From: a virus
DNA: 64,000 nucleotides
IMG/VR virus record: IMGVR_UViG_3300027749_000047
Location: 71,954-135,953 of that record
Direction: 5' to 3' (one strand)
The notes beneath the pieces were generated by a model that was not told the DNA's origin, did no database searches, and saw only the letters and a program-made list of their open reading frames with translations. A program made the translations under genes and the position numbers. Positions 1-10,612 of this stretch are shown here, one piece after another (the stretch's first letter is position 1; every line of letters begins with the position of its first letter).

Positions 1-3000
1 CAAGCAACTAAAATGTCAACGTCGGAAATTTTAAATGCTTTAAAAACTGATTACAAAGCTAGCTATACTTTTAATACTCAAAAAGAGTTATTAACTGGTA
101 CTGGTTTGGGTATTCAAGCAAGAATGATGGCTGGTCCTAATGCTAGTCCTGAAGTTATTAGCCGTTTGACGCAAGATGCGCTTGCTGGCACAAAAAATGC
201 TACTTTGGCGCGTGCCGCTGGTAATTACGCTACTGGTAAATCAACTTACGGTAGTTCTAATAGTGGTCTTTATACCGACGCTTTTCAATCGGCTGCCGAC
301 ACAATGACTTATACTGATGCTGTGGCTCACCGTCAAAGTGCCTACGGCGGAACTATGGCACAGTTGATTCGACAAGAGGCGACTTCTAATATTAATAATA
401 CTGCCCTAAAATTTGGAACCGGTACTATCCGTATGGCTACGCTTTCCGAGGCAGTAAAAATTCTTAGGGGCACTGCTGGCATTTCAGGCTCAAAGGGCTA
501 TAGAGATGTGCAGAACATGAATGCAGCTCGTATTGTTTCGGAATTGCTTGGTGTAAAGTATGACCTTAATTCTTGGAATTTACTCAAACAACAACGTGTT
601 AACTCAGCTGTGTCTCAGTCTACAAGTGACACTGATCCGCTAAGTGTATTTTTTGCTAATACTTCTGACAAAAAATCACTCCCAAGTAATTCTTTTTACC
701 AATATTACAAAACTTTGATTAAGGGTGGCGGTTACGGCTGGGAGACGCCATATTATGTAAAAGGTAAGCGCCAAGTTTCTCCTGAAGAAACTTATGCTAA
801 AAAACAAAATAGCCAACTTGGCGGGGCTCTTTTTGCAGCCGAAGATTTTGCTTGGTCAAAAAGCAAAACTGTTTTAGATATTTATAATGATCCTACAGTT
901 TTTAATGGTATTAAAAACAAAATTGTTAAATTGGCCATTAATGCTTTTGTTGCTCAAAACGATGTTGGTTCGCAAAATTCTTTTTCACAAGCAATATCTA
1001 CAATGTCTTTGACTGCTAATGCAGAAAATGGCGCAAATGCTGTCATTGATTTGTTAAAAGAATTAGCAAATCCTAACCTTGCCGCTACCAGTTCACAAGC
1101 TGCTGCAATCATGAATGCTTACAGTATGACGGCTGCTTCGCGCTCGGTTCAACAAGCGGGTCAATCTGGTTTGGCTAATATTAATGAAAATATTAAAACT
1201 GGTGTTAAAGCGGCCAATACTGTTTTGCCTACCGGCGCAACTCAAGATGAGCAGTCGATTCTTAATCAAGAAAAATCTAATGGTCAGCAAGCAGTTTCGC
1301 AAGTGATGTCGTTTGCTAAGCAAATTGCTAATTTAAATCATTCTTTGGCTGAAAGCCAAAATGATATGAATCTAAACATTACACGTTCACAAGCCAAATT
1401 TACATTGGGTATTTTGCGCGGTACGCAAGATTTTGCTAAAAGTTATTACAATGTTTATGAGCGTATTGGCGGTCAGCGTGTTGCTTCAACAGGCGCGTTA
1501 GTTACGAACCTTAAAGAGCAAAATACTCTTTTGAATCGTCAAATGAAGAATGTGGCTAAGTTGAAAAAACTTGGGCTGTCTGATGATGCCATTCGCACTT
1601 TGGATTTGATGAATCCTGCTAACGCACAACAAACAGATCAGCTTGTTAATGATATGACTCGTAATGCTGCTTTAGTATCGCAGACTAATGAAACAGTATC
1701 TAAGCGCATTGGGCTCTCAAATCAACATGAAACTAGTCCTTTTAATACGGCTTATGCTCGTGCTAAAGAAGATTTTAATTTGCAGATGCAGTACATGAAT
1801 GAAGATTTTGAAAAGGCTGCTAAGCGTGCATATAACGATTTGTTTAATTTTGGCGAGAACGTTGCTATTGGCGGTAAAGGCGCTACCGATAAACTTGCCA
1901 AGGCTTTATCTGGTATGCCTGATGTTGCAGGTAAAGCCGCTAAAGCAGCCGGACAAGCAATTTTGGCTAATCTAAAAAGTTCTTTAGGTGGTTTGACTGG
2001 CAGCGAGCAATTTAGTTTAGTAAACGGTATTTTGAATGCTCCTAAAAAAGCGCCAAATGCTGTTTCTGCGCCTAATAGTGGCTCGTCAGGCAGCGGGTAT
2101 CTTGCTGGTGGTAGCGGTAGTACTTCGCCTACTGGCTCCGCTAATCGTAATGCCGCTAGTACTATTGGTAAAAATACAGGAGTTGGAACTAGAATTGGTG
2201 GCGTTCAATCACAAAGTTCTACACCCGATACTGTGTGGGGCGCTGGTGTTCCTGTTTTTGGAACTGGTAAGAATCGCACTGAGGTTTGGGCTGCTAGTAA
2301 CGATTTGATTCATTACGACAAGCATTATGATGCAGCTAGTAAAAAATGGGTTTGGAATGCTACTGATACTGCCAGTGGCAAGAAACTTACTACTGCTCGC
2401 AAGCTAGAGGTTAACGCTTCTTCAAAGCGTGCGCAGTTTCTTGAGGCTGCTTTTCAACAAATCGGCAAGCCTTACAAAACTGGTGGGTGGCACTACACGG
2501 ATCATGATGGGCATGATTTTGACTGTTCTGGGCTTGTTGATTACGCAGCGCATGCTGCTGGGGTTAAAGATTTAGGTTATAGCACTGCGCAAGGTATTAA
2601 AAATAAAGTTGCTAAGATTGACAGTAAAAATGCTAAGGCTGGAGATTTAGTTTTTTGGACTAAAAATGGTTCAAACGAAGCACATCACGTTGCTATTTTT
2701 ATTGGTAACGGTATGGTTTTGGATGCTCAAAAATCCGGTACTAATGTGCACGTCCAAGGTCTTAATGATTTTAAAAATGATGGTAATGAGTCTTGGGGAC
2801 GTATTAAAGGTTTTGCTACTGGTGGTTACATTACTGGCCCTGGTACAGGTACTTCTGACTCTATTCCCGCCAAACTTTCTCATGGTGAGTTTGTTGTTAA
2901 GGCTGATGCGGTTAATAAGTATGGCATTGATTTGTTGCATGCTTTGAATGACCAAAAACTAGGTTCTCCGGGTTATGTTAAGCATAGTGATGTTAGGGCG

Positions 3001-3174
3001 TCTAGAATGAATCATTATTCTACTCAAACCTATAATGTGAGTCATTCTCAGTATGACCAATCTACGCAGATTAATGGTCCTATTACTGTTCAATCTTCTG
3101 ATCCTGCAGAGTTTGCTCGTAAGATGAATGCTCGTCAAAGGCGTCAGCGTCTCTTACAACCGGTAGGTAACTAA
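1..3174 (+). CDS. Tape measure protein, C-terminal part (5' truncated), with NlpC/P60 peptidase domain
   Basis: Frame is open from base 1. Long Ala-rich helical protein. NlpC/P60 motifs IGKPY..FDCSGLV..GDLVFW..HHVAIFIGNG. GFATGGYITGPGTGTSDSIPAKLSHGEFVV motif typical of actinophage tape measures. Lies upstream of the minor tail genes. Confidence 0.85.
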   Translation, partial: QATKMSTSEILNALKTDYKASYTFNTQKELLTGTGLGIQARMMAGPNASPEVISRLTQDALAGTKNATLARAAGNYATGKSTYGSSNSGLYTDAFQSAADTMTYTDAVAHRQSAYGGTMAQLIRQEATSNINNTALKFGTGTIRMATLSEAVKILRGTAGISGSKGYRDVQNMNAARIVSELLGVKYDLNSWNLLKQQRVNSAVSQSTSDTDPLSVFFANTSDKKSLPSNSFYQYYKTLIKGGGYGWETPYYVKGKRQVSPEETYAKKQNSQLGGALFAAEDFAWSKSKTVLDIYNDPTVFNGIKNKIVKLAINAFVAQNDVGSQNSFSQAISTMSLTANAENGANAVIDLLKELANPNLAATSSQAAAIMNAYSMTAASRSVQQAGQSGLANINENIKTGVKAANTVLPTGATQDEQSILNQEKSNGQQAVSQVMSFAKQIANLNHSLAESQNDMNLNITRSQAKFTLGILRGTQDFAKSYYNVYERIGGQRVASTGALVTNLKEQNTLLNRQMKNVAKLKKLGLSDDAIRTLDLMNPANAQQTDQLVNDMTRNAALVSQTNETVSKRIGLSNQHETSPFNTAYARAKEDFNLQMQYMNEDFEKAAKRAYNDLFNFGENVAIGGKGATDKLAKALSGMPDVAGKAAKAAGQAILANLKSSLGGLTGSEQFSLVNGILNAPKKAPNAVSAPNSGSSGSGYLAGGSGSTSPTGSANRNAASTIGKNTGVGTRIGGVQSQSSTPDTVWGAGVPVFGTGKNRTEVWAASNDLIHYDKHYDAASKKWVWNATDTASGKKLTTARKLEVNASSKRAQFLEAAFQQIGKPYKTGGWHYTDHDGHDFDCSGLVDYAAHAAGVKDLGYSTAQGIKNKVAKIDSKNAKAGDLVFWTKNGSNEAHHVAIFIGNGMVLDAQKSGTNVHVQGLNDFKNDGNESWGRIKGFATGGYITGPGTGTSDSIPAKLSHGEFVVKADAVNKYGIDLLHALNDQKLGSPGYVKHSDVRASRMNHYSTQTYNVSHSQYDQSTQINGPITVQSSDPAEFARKMNARQRRQRLLQPVGN

Positions 3175-3683
3175 TGGCTGTTAGTAAGTCGACTCCGTAT
3201 TCAAATTTGCATACTGATGTGCAGGTTCGTATTTCTTTATCTACTGATTTGTATTACTCAAATTCGGTAGTTAACAATGCAAGCCGGTGGTTGCTTGTCA
3301 ATGATGGAATTGTTTATAAACTTGCTAAGGGTTCTTTTGAGAACTCTGCAGTTCAGTTTAGGCGCGATGAGGTAACTAACTCGTTTCTTGAGGGTAAGTA
3401 CACTATTAATGCTTTGCGTGAGAATGTTACGGAAACGTTAGCGGTTTATGTCCATGGGTCTACACATATGGAAGTTATGGATGCCGTTAAGTCTTTAACT
3501 GATGCGTTGTCTCAGATTGGGTTTGTTATTGAGGTGAGTATAGGTAATTTGATTAAAAGCTGGAATTGTTATGCTTCGGACTATACGGTAAATATTTCGC
3601 ATGAGTTGCTTCATGCTAAGATGGCTCTTGTAACGGCACAGGTGACGCGTGATCCTGTTGAAACAATAACTGAGGAAATTTAA
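3174..3683 (+). CDS. Minor tail protein (distal-tail-like)
   Basis: TAATG coupling to the tape measure gene; position and size are Dit-like. Confidence 0.5.
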   Translation: MAVSKSTPYSNLHTDVQVRISLSTDLYYSNSVVNNASRWLLVNDGIVYKLAKGSFENSAVQFRRDEVTNSFLEGKYTINALRENVTETLAVYVHGSTHMEVMDAVKSLTDALSQIGFVIEVSIGNLIKSWNCYASDYTVNISHELLHAKMALVTAQVTRDPVETITEEI

Positions 3684-4093
3684 TGGGCTATATTTCAATG
3701 TATGGCGACCAGTTGCTTTTGGCTTCTTTATTGACGCCAGATTCAGCTGTTAGTATTGACTCATTTTATGTGGCTCTTTTGACTGATTTACCTGACAAAA
3801 ACATTACTGATTCTGCGCTGTTGAGTGAACCTTCTGGTAGTGGGTATGGCCGTGTAAGTTACCAATCGGGTTACGCTAACTGGTCTTCTTCTGTTGGGGT
3901 TTTTTACAACGCTAATGACATTGTTTTTCCTACGCCTACTGGCGATTGGGGACGTATTGTTGGGTGGGCTTTGTGTGATAGTGCCGGTATTGGCAATGTT
4001 ATTGCTGTTGGTGCTTTAACGCCAGAATCTAGCGTGTCTGCTTATTCTAATGTTTATATTCCAGCAACGTCTTTGCGTTTAAAGTTGGTTTGA
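3683..4093 (+). CDS. Minor tail protein (phage tail fibre-associated family)
   Basis: YVALLTD..EPSGSGYGRV..NANDIVFPTPTGDWGRIVGWALCDS pattern, common in tail modules. Confidence 0.6.
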   Translation: MGYISMYGDQLLLASLLTPDSAVSIDSFYVALLTDLPDKNITDSALLSEPSGSGYGRVSYQSGYANWSSSVGVFYNANDIVFPTPTGDWGRIVGWALCDSAGIGNVIAVGALTPESSVSAYSNVYIPATSLRLKLV

Positions 4094-4094
4094 T

Positions 4095-5408
4095 GTGGCT
4101 TACGGCGTCGCTATTGCTTATCATGATTTTTCGGCAGCTTTACCTGACCTAAATAATTCATACTATTTTTCTTTCGGAACTTATCCAAACGCATCTCCAG
4201 GTCCTATTACTGTCGGTGATGATGTCACTATTAGGTCGGTTAGTAATACTGATTGGTACATGTTTGGCTATGTAAATTCTAGTGTTGGCACTACTAGTAC
4301 AACTATTGTTTACAACATTACTGTTACTGGTTTGTCAGAAATACTTCATGGTGCATCTGTTGTTGATGAAACATATTGGAGTATTGATAGCACTGTTAGT
4401 ATTGATGTTCCTTTGCCCTCTGACGAGTCACTTTCTATGTCAGACGCTAGCGCTTCGTTAACGGTTCGACCTAAAATTGCGTATCATAAAGGCCTTATTA
4501 TGGCTAAATCTGCTGTTTTCAATACCGATCCTTATTTTGTTGTAGCCGGATACCCTATTGCAGCTAGCGGTTTTGGTGTCAATATTTATTCCAAAGGCAC
4601 TATTGACATGAATGGTGTTGAAACTAACGTTAAATATTCTGATGTTGATTTGTATTCTGATGAACGTTGGGTGCCTATCGATTCCACTTTAGGCATTAGC
4701 ACTCAAGGGGCAAATACTTATTTAACAAAATGGTGGCCGTGGAAATCTAATGTTGCTAATAGTGTTTTGGCTTCTTCTACAAACAGCCCAACAGTAGTAA
4801 ATAATGTTCAGGTTAATTACGGCTATGGCACGCAAAACACTAGGCTAAATGAAAAAGCCGTAAGATTTTTAAATGACCAATATCTAGTTACCAATAATAA
4901 ACCTTTGACTACTGTTAATAATCAGTCGAAATATTTCACTATGATGTCGGTCATTTTTTTACAGCCTCCAACTAAAAGCAATTGGTATGTTGTTATGGGT
5001 GCTGGTGGGGATAAATATACTTCTTTTGATCCTTTAATTAGTGTAAGGTATTACAGAAACAGTACTTTGAAGTTGATGCTGGGTCATACTGTTTTGTCTG
5101 AGATACGTATTGATGCGTCTAGGTTTCAAATGTTTAAGCCTATTGTTATTGCTGTTAGTGTTTCTGCTACAGATAAAATAGTGCGTTTTGCTGTTTTGGA
5201 CACTCAATTTCATTACGAACAGGTGGCTATAGCGGCAAATCATCCGTTTGATGTTAACTTTTATCTTGGTGGGGCTCCTGTTACTGACAAGAATTACACG
5301 GCGCATATGTATTTGCTGGAGCATAATCAGTATTATTCTGAGTTGTCACAAGAACAAATACAAGACCGTATGCTTTTGTTAGATAAAATTTATGGAGTTA
5401 CTTTATGA
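4095..5408 (+). CDS. Minor tail protein, beta-rich (possible ConA/LamG-like C-terminus)
   Basis: Tail-module position; beta-strand-rich C-terminal half. Confidence 0.5.
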   Translation: MAYGVAIAYHDFSAALPDLNNSYYFSFGTYPNASPGPITVGDDVTIRSVSNTDWYMFGYVNSSVGTTSTTIVYNITVTGLSEILHGASVVDETYWSIDSTVSIDVPLPSDESLSMSDASASLTVRPKIAYHKGLIMAKSAVFNTDPYFVVAGYPIAASGFGVNIYSKGTIDMNGVETNVKYSDVDLYSDERWVPIDSTLGISTQGANTYLTKWWPWKSNVANSVLASSTNSPTVVNNVQVNYGYGTQNTRLNEKAVRFLNDQYLVTNNKPLTTVNNQSKYFTMMSVIFLQPPTKSNWYVVMGAGGDKYTSFDPLISVRYYRNSTLKLMLGHTVLSEIRIDASRFQMFKPIVIAVSVSATDKIVRFAVLDTQFHYEQVAIAANHPFDVNFYLGGAPVTDKNYTAHMYLLEHNQYYSELSQEQIQDRMLLLDKIYGVTL

Positions 5409-8017
5409 AACGGCCTCAAGCAAATATTACGTCTTTAACTGAGTCTGGTTATTGGCGTATCATTGTTGATCCTTTGCCTAAAACATCTGGAGATAAGTCT
5501 AAAAGGGATGTCACTGTGTTTCGTGGCGGGGCTACTACTGTTTCTAGTTTGTCTACTACAGACCCTTTTGGGCCTGCTACCGCTACTATTTCTTTCCCAG
5601 CTATTACTATTTTTGATTCGTTGGGTACTGGCGATTTGGATTGGTGTGTGCCTGAGGCAAATGTAGATATTATTTGGATGTCTCCTCAGTCAGCTGACGG
5701 CACTTCTGCTGGTACGCCTTTGTATTATTGGGAAGGTTACTTTCTCGCTTTTGAGTTTGGCGAAGATGATGCTGGCGGTACTTTGACTATTACATGTAAT
5801 GGAGCGATGCGTCAGTTAGATAACTTTTTGGCTAAGCCTGAATATTTGACGCATCCTATTTCTTATGAGCAGGCTATCGCTCGCCAGTTTTATTATAGTC
5901 TGCATCCTTCAAGTCGCCTTCGAGAAATTAGTCCTCTTTCTGAAACTCTTGATGAGTTGGATTGGTGGGATACGGTATATAACGCTTCTGATTATGCTAA
6001 TCTTTCTAACTTTTATCGTCCTGTAAGTATTAAAGATAAGACTCGTTGGACTGGTTTTTTAACTCGTTCTACTGGTAACTTTGAACCTGTTTTGACTACT
6101 TATATTCAGGGTTTGTTATCTACTATGCAAACATCTAGGGGCTGTTTTACTATTTTGTTAGGTAAGGATCGTAGACCTTATTTTAAACATCGTGACCGTT
6201 TACATGCGCCTTCTAACGAAACGCTAGTAATTGATTTGTTGTGGCCGGGTGTACAGGTTAGTGTGTCTCAGGATTATTCGCAGCGCCTAAATGTTGTTTA
6301 TGGTAATGGGCAGTCTTTGTCGGGATATTCTTACTCTAACCTTAAAGTTTCTGCCGATGGGTCTAAAACTTATTACCAACCTTTTGCGGCTAGGCGCCAG
6401 GTTTATCCTTCTTTGGAAACAAACATTAATTTTGACCCTAATAAAATGGCTAAAGAAGTTTCGTTGCAGTTCTTTAGTGGTTTAGATGCAGATGAGGCTG
6501 CTGCTGTGGCTAGAAAGCATTTGGAGATGTTTTCTGAGCCTGGTATTACTGGGTCTTTGACTTTAAAAACTGACCCTCTTGTTAATGGTGTTTCTTATCC
6601 TCGTCAAATGATTACAGCTGGTATGTCTGTTCAGTTGGTAGGGCTTTTTGGCGACCCTAATGGTGTTGTTGTTCATATTACAGAAACGTCTTATTCTGAA
6701 GACGGAAGCGTTTCTATCACTTTTGATTCAAAGTTTCGTGATCAGTTGACTGTGCAAGAAGTACGTAAGCGCGGGCGTGATTCTATGGTGGTTAATAGAG
6801 TTTTGGGCGTTGGCCGTTATGCTCCGAGTATTCCGGATTTGTTGTTCCCGTGGACTTACGAAAAGCCAGTTTATTCAGGGTACATTCCGCAAGCGTCAGG
6901 GTTTATGTGGAATGCTGGCGTGAATTCTAATACTATTGCTAATGACGTTTCTTTCCCGTGGGCTGGTTTTACTAAAGCGTATCCACCAGGTAAGTCAGGG
7001 CATGAGTCTTTTTATGCCAAGATTGAGGGGCCTGCTAGTACAAATAATGCTGACAGTAACTGGTCTGACCCTACGGTAGTTAATCTTGCGGTTACTGGGC
7101 AGGTTGTTGGTGCGCAGTTTGTTGCGGTCAAATCTGATGGTACACAGTACAAAGTGCCTTTTCATGTTTCTATTTGGTATCAAAATGTTGATGTTTTGAC
7201 AGGTATGCCTATTTTGCCTACGGCAACTGGGGCGGATACTTTTTCTAAAACTATTACAGATCATGCTTTGGTGACTAGTACAGCAACTATTTCTGGCGGT
7301 ATGTATACGATTACGTTTACTACTTCTAGGGCGCACAATCTAAACGTTGGCGATAATGTTTTTGTGATGGCTGACCCTGCGCCAACTATTGATGGGTTGT
7401 TGTCTCCAACTTATTACGTGGTCGATACTGTACCAAGTGCAACTAAAATAACTGTCAAGGTAAGTTCTAGTGCTATTTCTGCTGCTGAGGCTAATACTTT
7501 GAAGTATGGTGATTCTACTTTTGCTAGGCAGTATGTAGGGCTTGCTAAATACATTATTGGTGTAAAAGATGCTGCTACTGGGTTTTCTTACCAGCCTGGT
7601 CAGTATTACCCGTTTTTTGAAGGTGCTTGGGAAAACAATAGAGCTGATGGCACTATTATTCAGGACCCTAATGTTGTGGCTAAAACGCCTCCTATTGCTG
7701 CGTGGGGTACTCATTATCAAAAGGCTGGCTATTGGCCTGCTTCATCGCCCGGTCCGGAACGCGATGGAGTAACTGTTCCTACCGGCAGGCTGGTGGATGA
7801 AACGCCTTTTAGTTTTGACTTTAAGGGTACTTCTATTGTTAATGTCAGCCAGTATGAGGCTTTCAATCCTAAGTTGCCTGATGCTGCGCGTGTGGCAGCT
7901 TATGTGATGTTTTATTGTGATCAGGAATGGAGTGATTCTCAAGGTAAACTTATTCCTAGAACTGAGGATGTCTATTTCTTGGGTCGCTTGTATCACCAAC
8001 CACCGACGGGACAATAA
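5405..8017 (+). CDS. Large minor tail / baseplate hub-like protein
   Basis: 870 aa with ATGA coupling. Contains a small inserted beta module (AHNLNVGDNV...) near 7300-7460. Confidence 0.6.
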   Translation: MKRPQANITSLTESGYWRIIVDPLPKTSGDKSKRDVTVFRGGATTVSSLSTTDPFGPATATISFPAITIFDSLGTGDLDWCVPEANVDIIWMSPQSADGTSAGTPLYYWEGYFLAFEFGEDDAGGTLTITCNGAMRQLDNFLAKPEYLTHPISYEQAIARQFYYSLHPSSRLREISPLSETLDELDWWDTVYNASDYANLSNFYRPVSIKDKTRWTGFLTRSTGNFEPVLTTYIQGLLSTMQTSRGCFTILLGKDRRPYFKHRDRLHAPSNETLVIDLLWPGVQVSVSQDYSQRLNVVYGNGQSLSGYSYSNLKVSADGSKTYYQPFAARRQVYPSLETNINFDPNKMAKEVSLQFFSGLDADEAAAVARKHLEMFSEPGITGSLTLKTDPLVNGVSYPRQMITAGMSVQLVGLFGDPNGVVVHITETSYSEDGSVSITFDSKFRDQLTVQEVRKRGRDSMVVNRVLGVGRYAPSIPDLLFPWTYEKPVYSGYIPQASGFMWNAGVNSNTIANDVSFPWAGFTKAYPPGKSGHESFYAKIEGPASTNNADSNWSDPTVVNLAVTGQVVGAQFVAVKSDGTQYKVPFHVSIWYQNVDVLTGMPILPTATGADTFSKTITDHALVTSTATISGGMYTITFTTSRAHNLNVGDNVFVMADPAPTIDGLLSPTYYVVDTVPSATKITVKVSSSAISAAEANTLKYGDSTFARQYVGLAKYIIGVKDAATGFSYQPGQYYPFFEGAWENNRADGTIIQDPNVVAKTPPIAAWGTHYQKAGYWPASSPGPERDGVTVPTGRLVDETPFSFDFKGTSIVNVSQYEAFNPKLPDAARVAAYVMFYCDQEWSDSQGKLIPRTEDVYFLGRLYHQPPTGQ

Positions 8018-8394
8018 TGTTAGGTATTGCTACTAATGAAACATATAACCGTTTTGTTGAACTTATTAAATCGCAAAACTGCTATATGTCGCTTCATTTT
8101 GACTATCCGTCTAATGTTGACCCTACTGCCACTGAGTTAACTTCTGGCGGGTACAAGCGTCAGCAAATCAGCTGGTCTACATCTACGATTTCTTTGGTTA
8201 ACTCTAACCGTATTACTTTTAGTGGTTTAACGTCGTGCACGATTAAATATGTGGGTATTTTTGATGATTTAACCGGCGGGTATCTTTTGTTTAAACTTCC
8301 GTTGACTGACCCTATTGTTATTATTAATTCTGGGGCTTATCAGGTTGCGCCTAATGATTTGTTTATCGCTTTTGGTTCATCTGGTGACGTCTAA
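8017..8394 (+). CDS. Minor tail protein, similar to 3683-4093
   Basis: Shares ELTSGGYKRQ..W..NSNRITF..YVGIFD pattern with 3683-4093. Confidence 0.55.
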   Translation: MLGIATNETYNRFVELIKSQNCYMSLHFDYPSNVDPTATELTSGGYKRQQISWSTSTISLVNSNRITFSGLTSCTIKYVGIFDDLTGGYLLFKLPLTDPIVIINSGAYQVAPNDLFIAFGSSGDV

Positions 8395-8432
8395 GTCTTG
8401 GTAGACTAAGACTATTGTTTTAAGGAGTTTAA

Positions 8433-8543
8433 GTGGCTGCCCATACCTATCCGATTACTATCAATCAGGGTTCTGAGTGGGCTTTTTCGTTTACTTATTC
8501 AACTAAATTGAAACTGGAAGGTCTGGTCCTGTCTAATGGCTAA
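8433..8543 (+). pseudogene. Truncated 36-aa paralog of the N-terminus of 8536-8883
   Basis: RBS AAGGAG (8422-8427), then GTG. Translates MAAHTYPITINQGSEWAFSFTY..., matching MANAHPYPIKIDQGGTWTLSLTY of the next gene. Stops at 8543. Confidence 0.6.
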
Positions 8544-8883
8544 TGCGCATCCTTACCCAATTAAGATAGATCAAGGTGGTACCTGGACCCTATCTTTGAC
8601 TTATAAAATTAACAGCACTCTGGTTAATTTGACTGGTTTTACAGCGTCAATGATGGTGCGTACAAATTACACAGATGACAATCCTTTGCTATCTTTAACT
8701 ACTGCTAATGGCGGTATTGCTTTGGGAGGCACTGCTGGCACTATCATAATTACTGCTTCGGCCATTAAGACTGCTGCTATTCCTGCTGGACAGGCTGTTT
8801 ACGATTTGGAACTATATACAGGTAGTGAGGTTCGTAAGCTTCTGCGCGGTGATGTGACGATTGTGCCTGAGGTTACTCGATGA
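8536..8883 (+). CDS. Small virion beta-sandwich protein (tail/baseplate associated)
   Basis: QGGTW..NLTGFTASMMVR..YDLEL..LLRGDVTIVPEVTR pattern, common before collagen and fibre genes. Confidence 0.6.
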   Translation: MANAHPYPIKIDQGGTWTLSLTYKINSTLVNLTGFTASMMVRTNYTDDNPLLSLTTANGGIALGGTAGTIIITASAIKTAAIPAGQAVYDLELYTGSEVRKLLRGDVTIVPEVTR

Positions 8884-9266
8884 GCGAAATTGTTGAAATT
8901 GGCAAGGATACGGTCAATTTGACGGTTGTTGATAATAATGTGTCCCTGAATGTCACTACATCGCAAATAACCCTTGAAACGGCTTCTGTGGGCCCTCAAG
9001 GGGTTGCTGGGGTTGCTGGACCAACTGGACCCGCAGGACCTACTGGACCTGCCGGACCTACCGGACCTACAGGCGGCACTTTTACATACACACAGGGCAG
9101 CCCTGCGTCTACATGGACTATTACACACAATTTGGGTTATAGACCGCAAGTTAGTGTTATAGATTCCGCAAACAGTTTAGTTGAGGGCGACTTTGCTTAT
9201 CCGACCGTTGATACAATGATATTAACTTTTTCATCTGCTTTTTCTGGTGTAGCATATTTATCTTAA
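8880..9266 (+). CDS. Collagen-like (G-X-Y) fibre protein
   Basis: GPQGVAGVAGPTGPAGPTGPAGPTGPTG repeat; C-terminal WTITHNLG domain. Confidence 0.75.
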   Translation: MSEIVEIGKDTVNLTVVDNNVSLNVTTSQITLETASVGPQGVAGVAGPTGPAGPTGPAGPTGPTGGTFTYTQGSPASTWTITHNLGYRPQVSVIDSANSLVEGDFAYPTVDTMILTFSSAFSGVAYLS

Positions 9267-9280
9267 GGAGATAATGACTA

Positions 9281-10600
9281 ATGGCACGTAAATTTTTAAC
9301 TAAAATTGATTTGAACGGAAATGAACTAACTAACTTTGCTGTTCAAAACTTAGGTACCCTTCCGGGCTCTGCTGCATATGGTCAATTGGTCTTTTACACT
9401 TCTGACAACACCCTTAGATATAACACCAGCAGTGTGCTCGGTTCACCTAGCTGGCAGACCGTCAGCAATGGTGCTGGATCCTTTATTTTGGGTTCTACCA
9501 CTATTAATTTGGGCTCAACCGCTGCAACTGTTAGTGGCCTTACACTTAGTACTTCTAGTGTTTGGAATGGTAACGCAATTGGCGTTGGTTATGGTGGTAC
9601 TGGAACGTCTACTGGTTCTATTACAGGTACCGGCGCCCTTACTTTTACAGCCGGCGGGACAAACACCAACATTAACTTAGTACCCCTTGGTACGGGATCT
9701 GTAGATGTTGCTAGCAAAAAAATTACAAGTGTTGCGGACCCTACTCTTGCTCAAGATGCTGCTACTAAAGCTTACGTAGATACTCAGGTTGGTACTGTTG
9801 CTAGTGGTCTAAATGCCCATGATGCTGTGGCGTACGCTACAACTGGCGCTCTAGGTACTACAGGTAACCTTGTTGGTGGAACTATTACCACTACCCATAC
9901 CACCCCATTTCTTACGCTAACTATTGCTACTTCAACTAACTGGACCTCTATTACAATTGACGGTCAGTCTCTAACCGTTGGCGATCGTGTTCTTATCAAG
10001 AATCAAGCTACTACTTCGCAAAATGGTATCTACACAGTAACTTCCGTTGGTGCTATCGGCAACACAACCTCGTTTGTATTTACTCGTGCAGCCGATGCTG
10101 ATACTGTTGGTGAACTTAGTGCAGGCGATTTCTGTTACGTTCTTAACGGCACTACCAACGGTCGTTTTACGTATGTTGAAACAGCAACCGTTTCTACTCT
10201 TGGATCTAGCGCAATTACTTACTCGGTTTTGTCTAATGGTAACTTGACCAGTATTGTTACTGCAGCGCAGGGCGGTACTGGCGCTAGCAACACTGCTACG
10301 CTAAATAACTTCCTTGTTGGTGATGGCACTAACTTTGTTGCTACTAACCCTGCTAGTGCAAGAGCTGCTCTTAGTGTTTCTGGTAAATACTCTGGTTCAG
10401 TATCTTTTAGTGCAGCTACTACTGCAACAGTTACACATGGTCTTGGAACATCTGCACTTATTGTTCAAGTATACGATAACGGTTCTCCGGCAAACTTAGT
10501 TGATTTTGATGTAAGTATTGCTGCTGCTTCGCCGTACACTATTACTTTAACTTCAGCAACAACAATCACGGGTACGTATTCTGTTGTTGTTATTGGCTAG
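9281..10600 (+). CDS. Tail fibre protein
   Basis: T/G/S-rich; AQDAATKAYVD, RVLIKNQATTSQNGIYTV, GGTG and THGLG motifs typical of fibres. Confidence 0.75.
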   Translation: MARKFLTKIDLNGNELTNFAVQNLGTLPGSAAYGQLVFYTSDNTLRYNTSSVLGSPSWQTVSNGAGSFILGSTTINLGSTAATVSGLTLSTSSVWNGNAIGVGYGGTGTSTGSITGTGALTFTAGGTNTNINLVPLGTGSVDVASKKITSVADPTLAQDAATKAYVDTQVGTVASGLNAHDAVAYATTGALGTTGNLVGGTITTTHTTPFLTLTIATSTNWTSITIDGQSLTVGDRVLIKNQATTSQNGIYTVTSVGAIGNTTSFVFTRAADADTVGELSAGDFCYVLNGTTNGRFTYVETATVSTLGSSAITYSVLSNGNLTSIVTAAQGGTGASNTATLNNFLVGDGTNFVATNPASARAALSVSGKYSGSVSFSAATTATVTHGLGTSALIVQVYDNGSPANLVDFDVSIAAASPYTITLTSATTITGTYSVVVIG

Positions 10601-10612
10601 TAGGGGTTTGTA

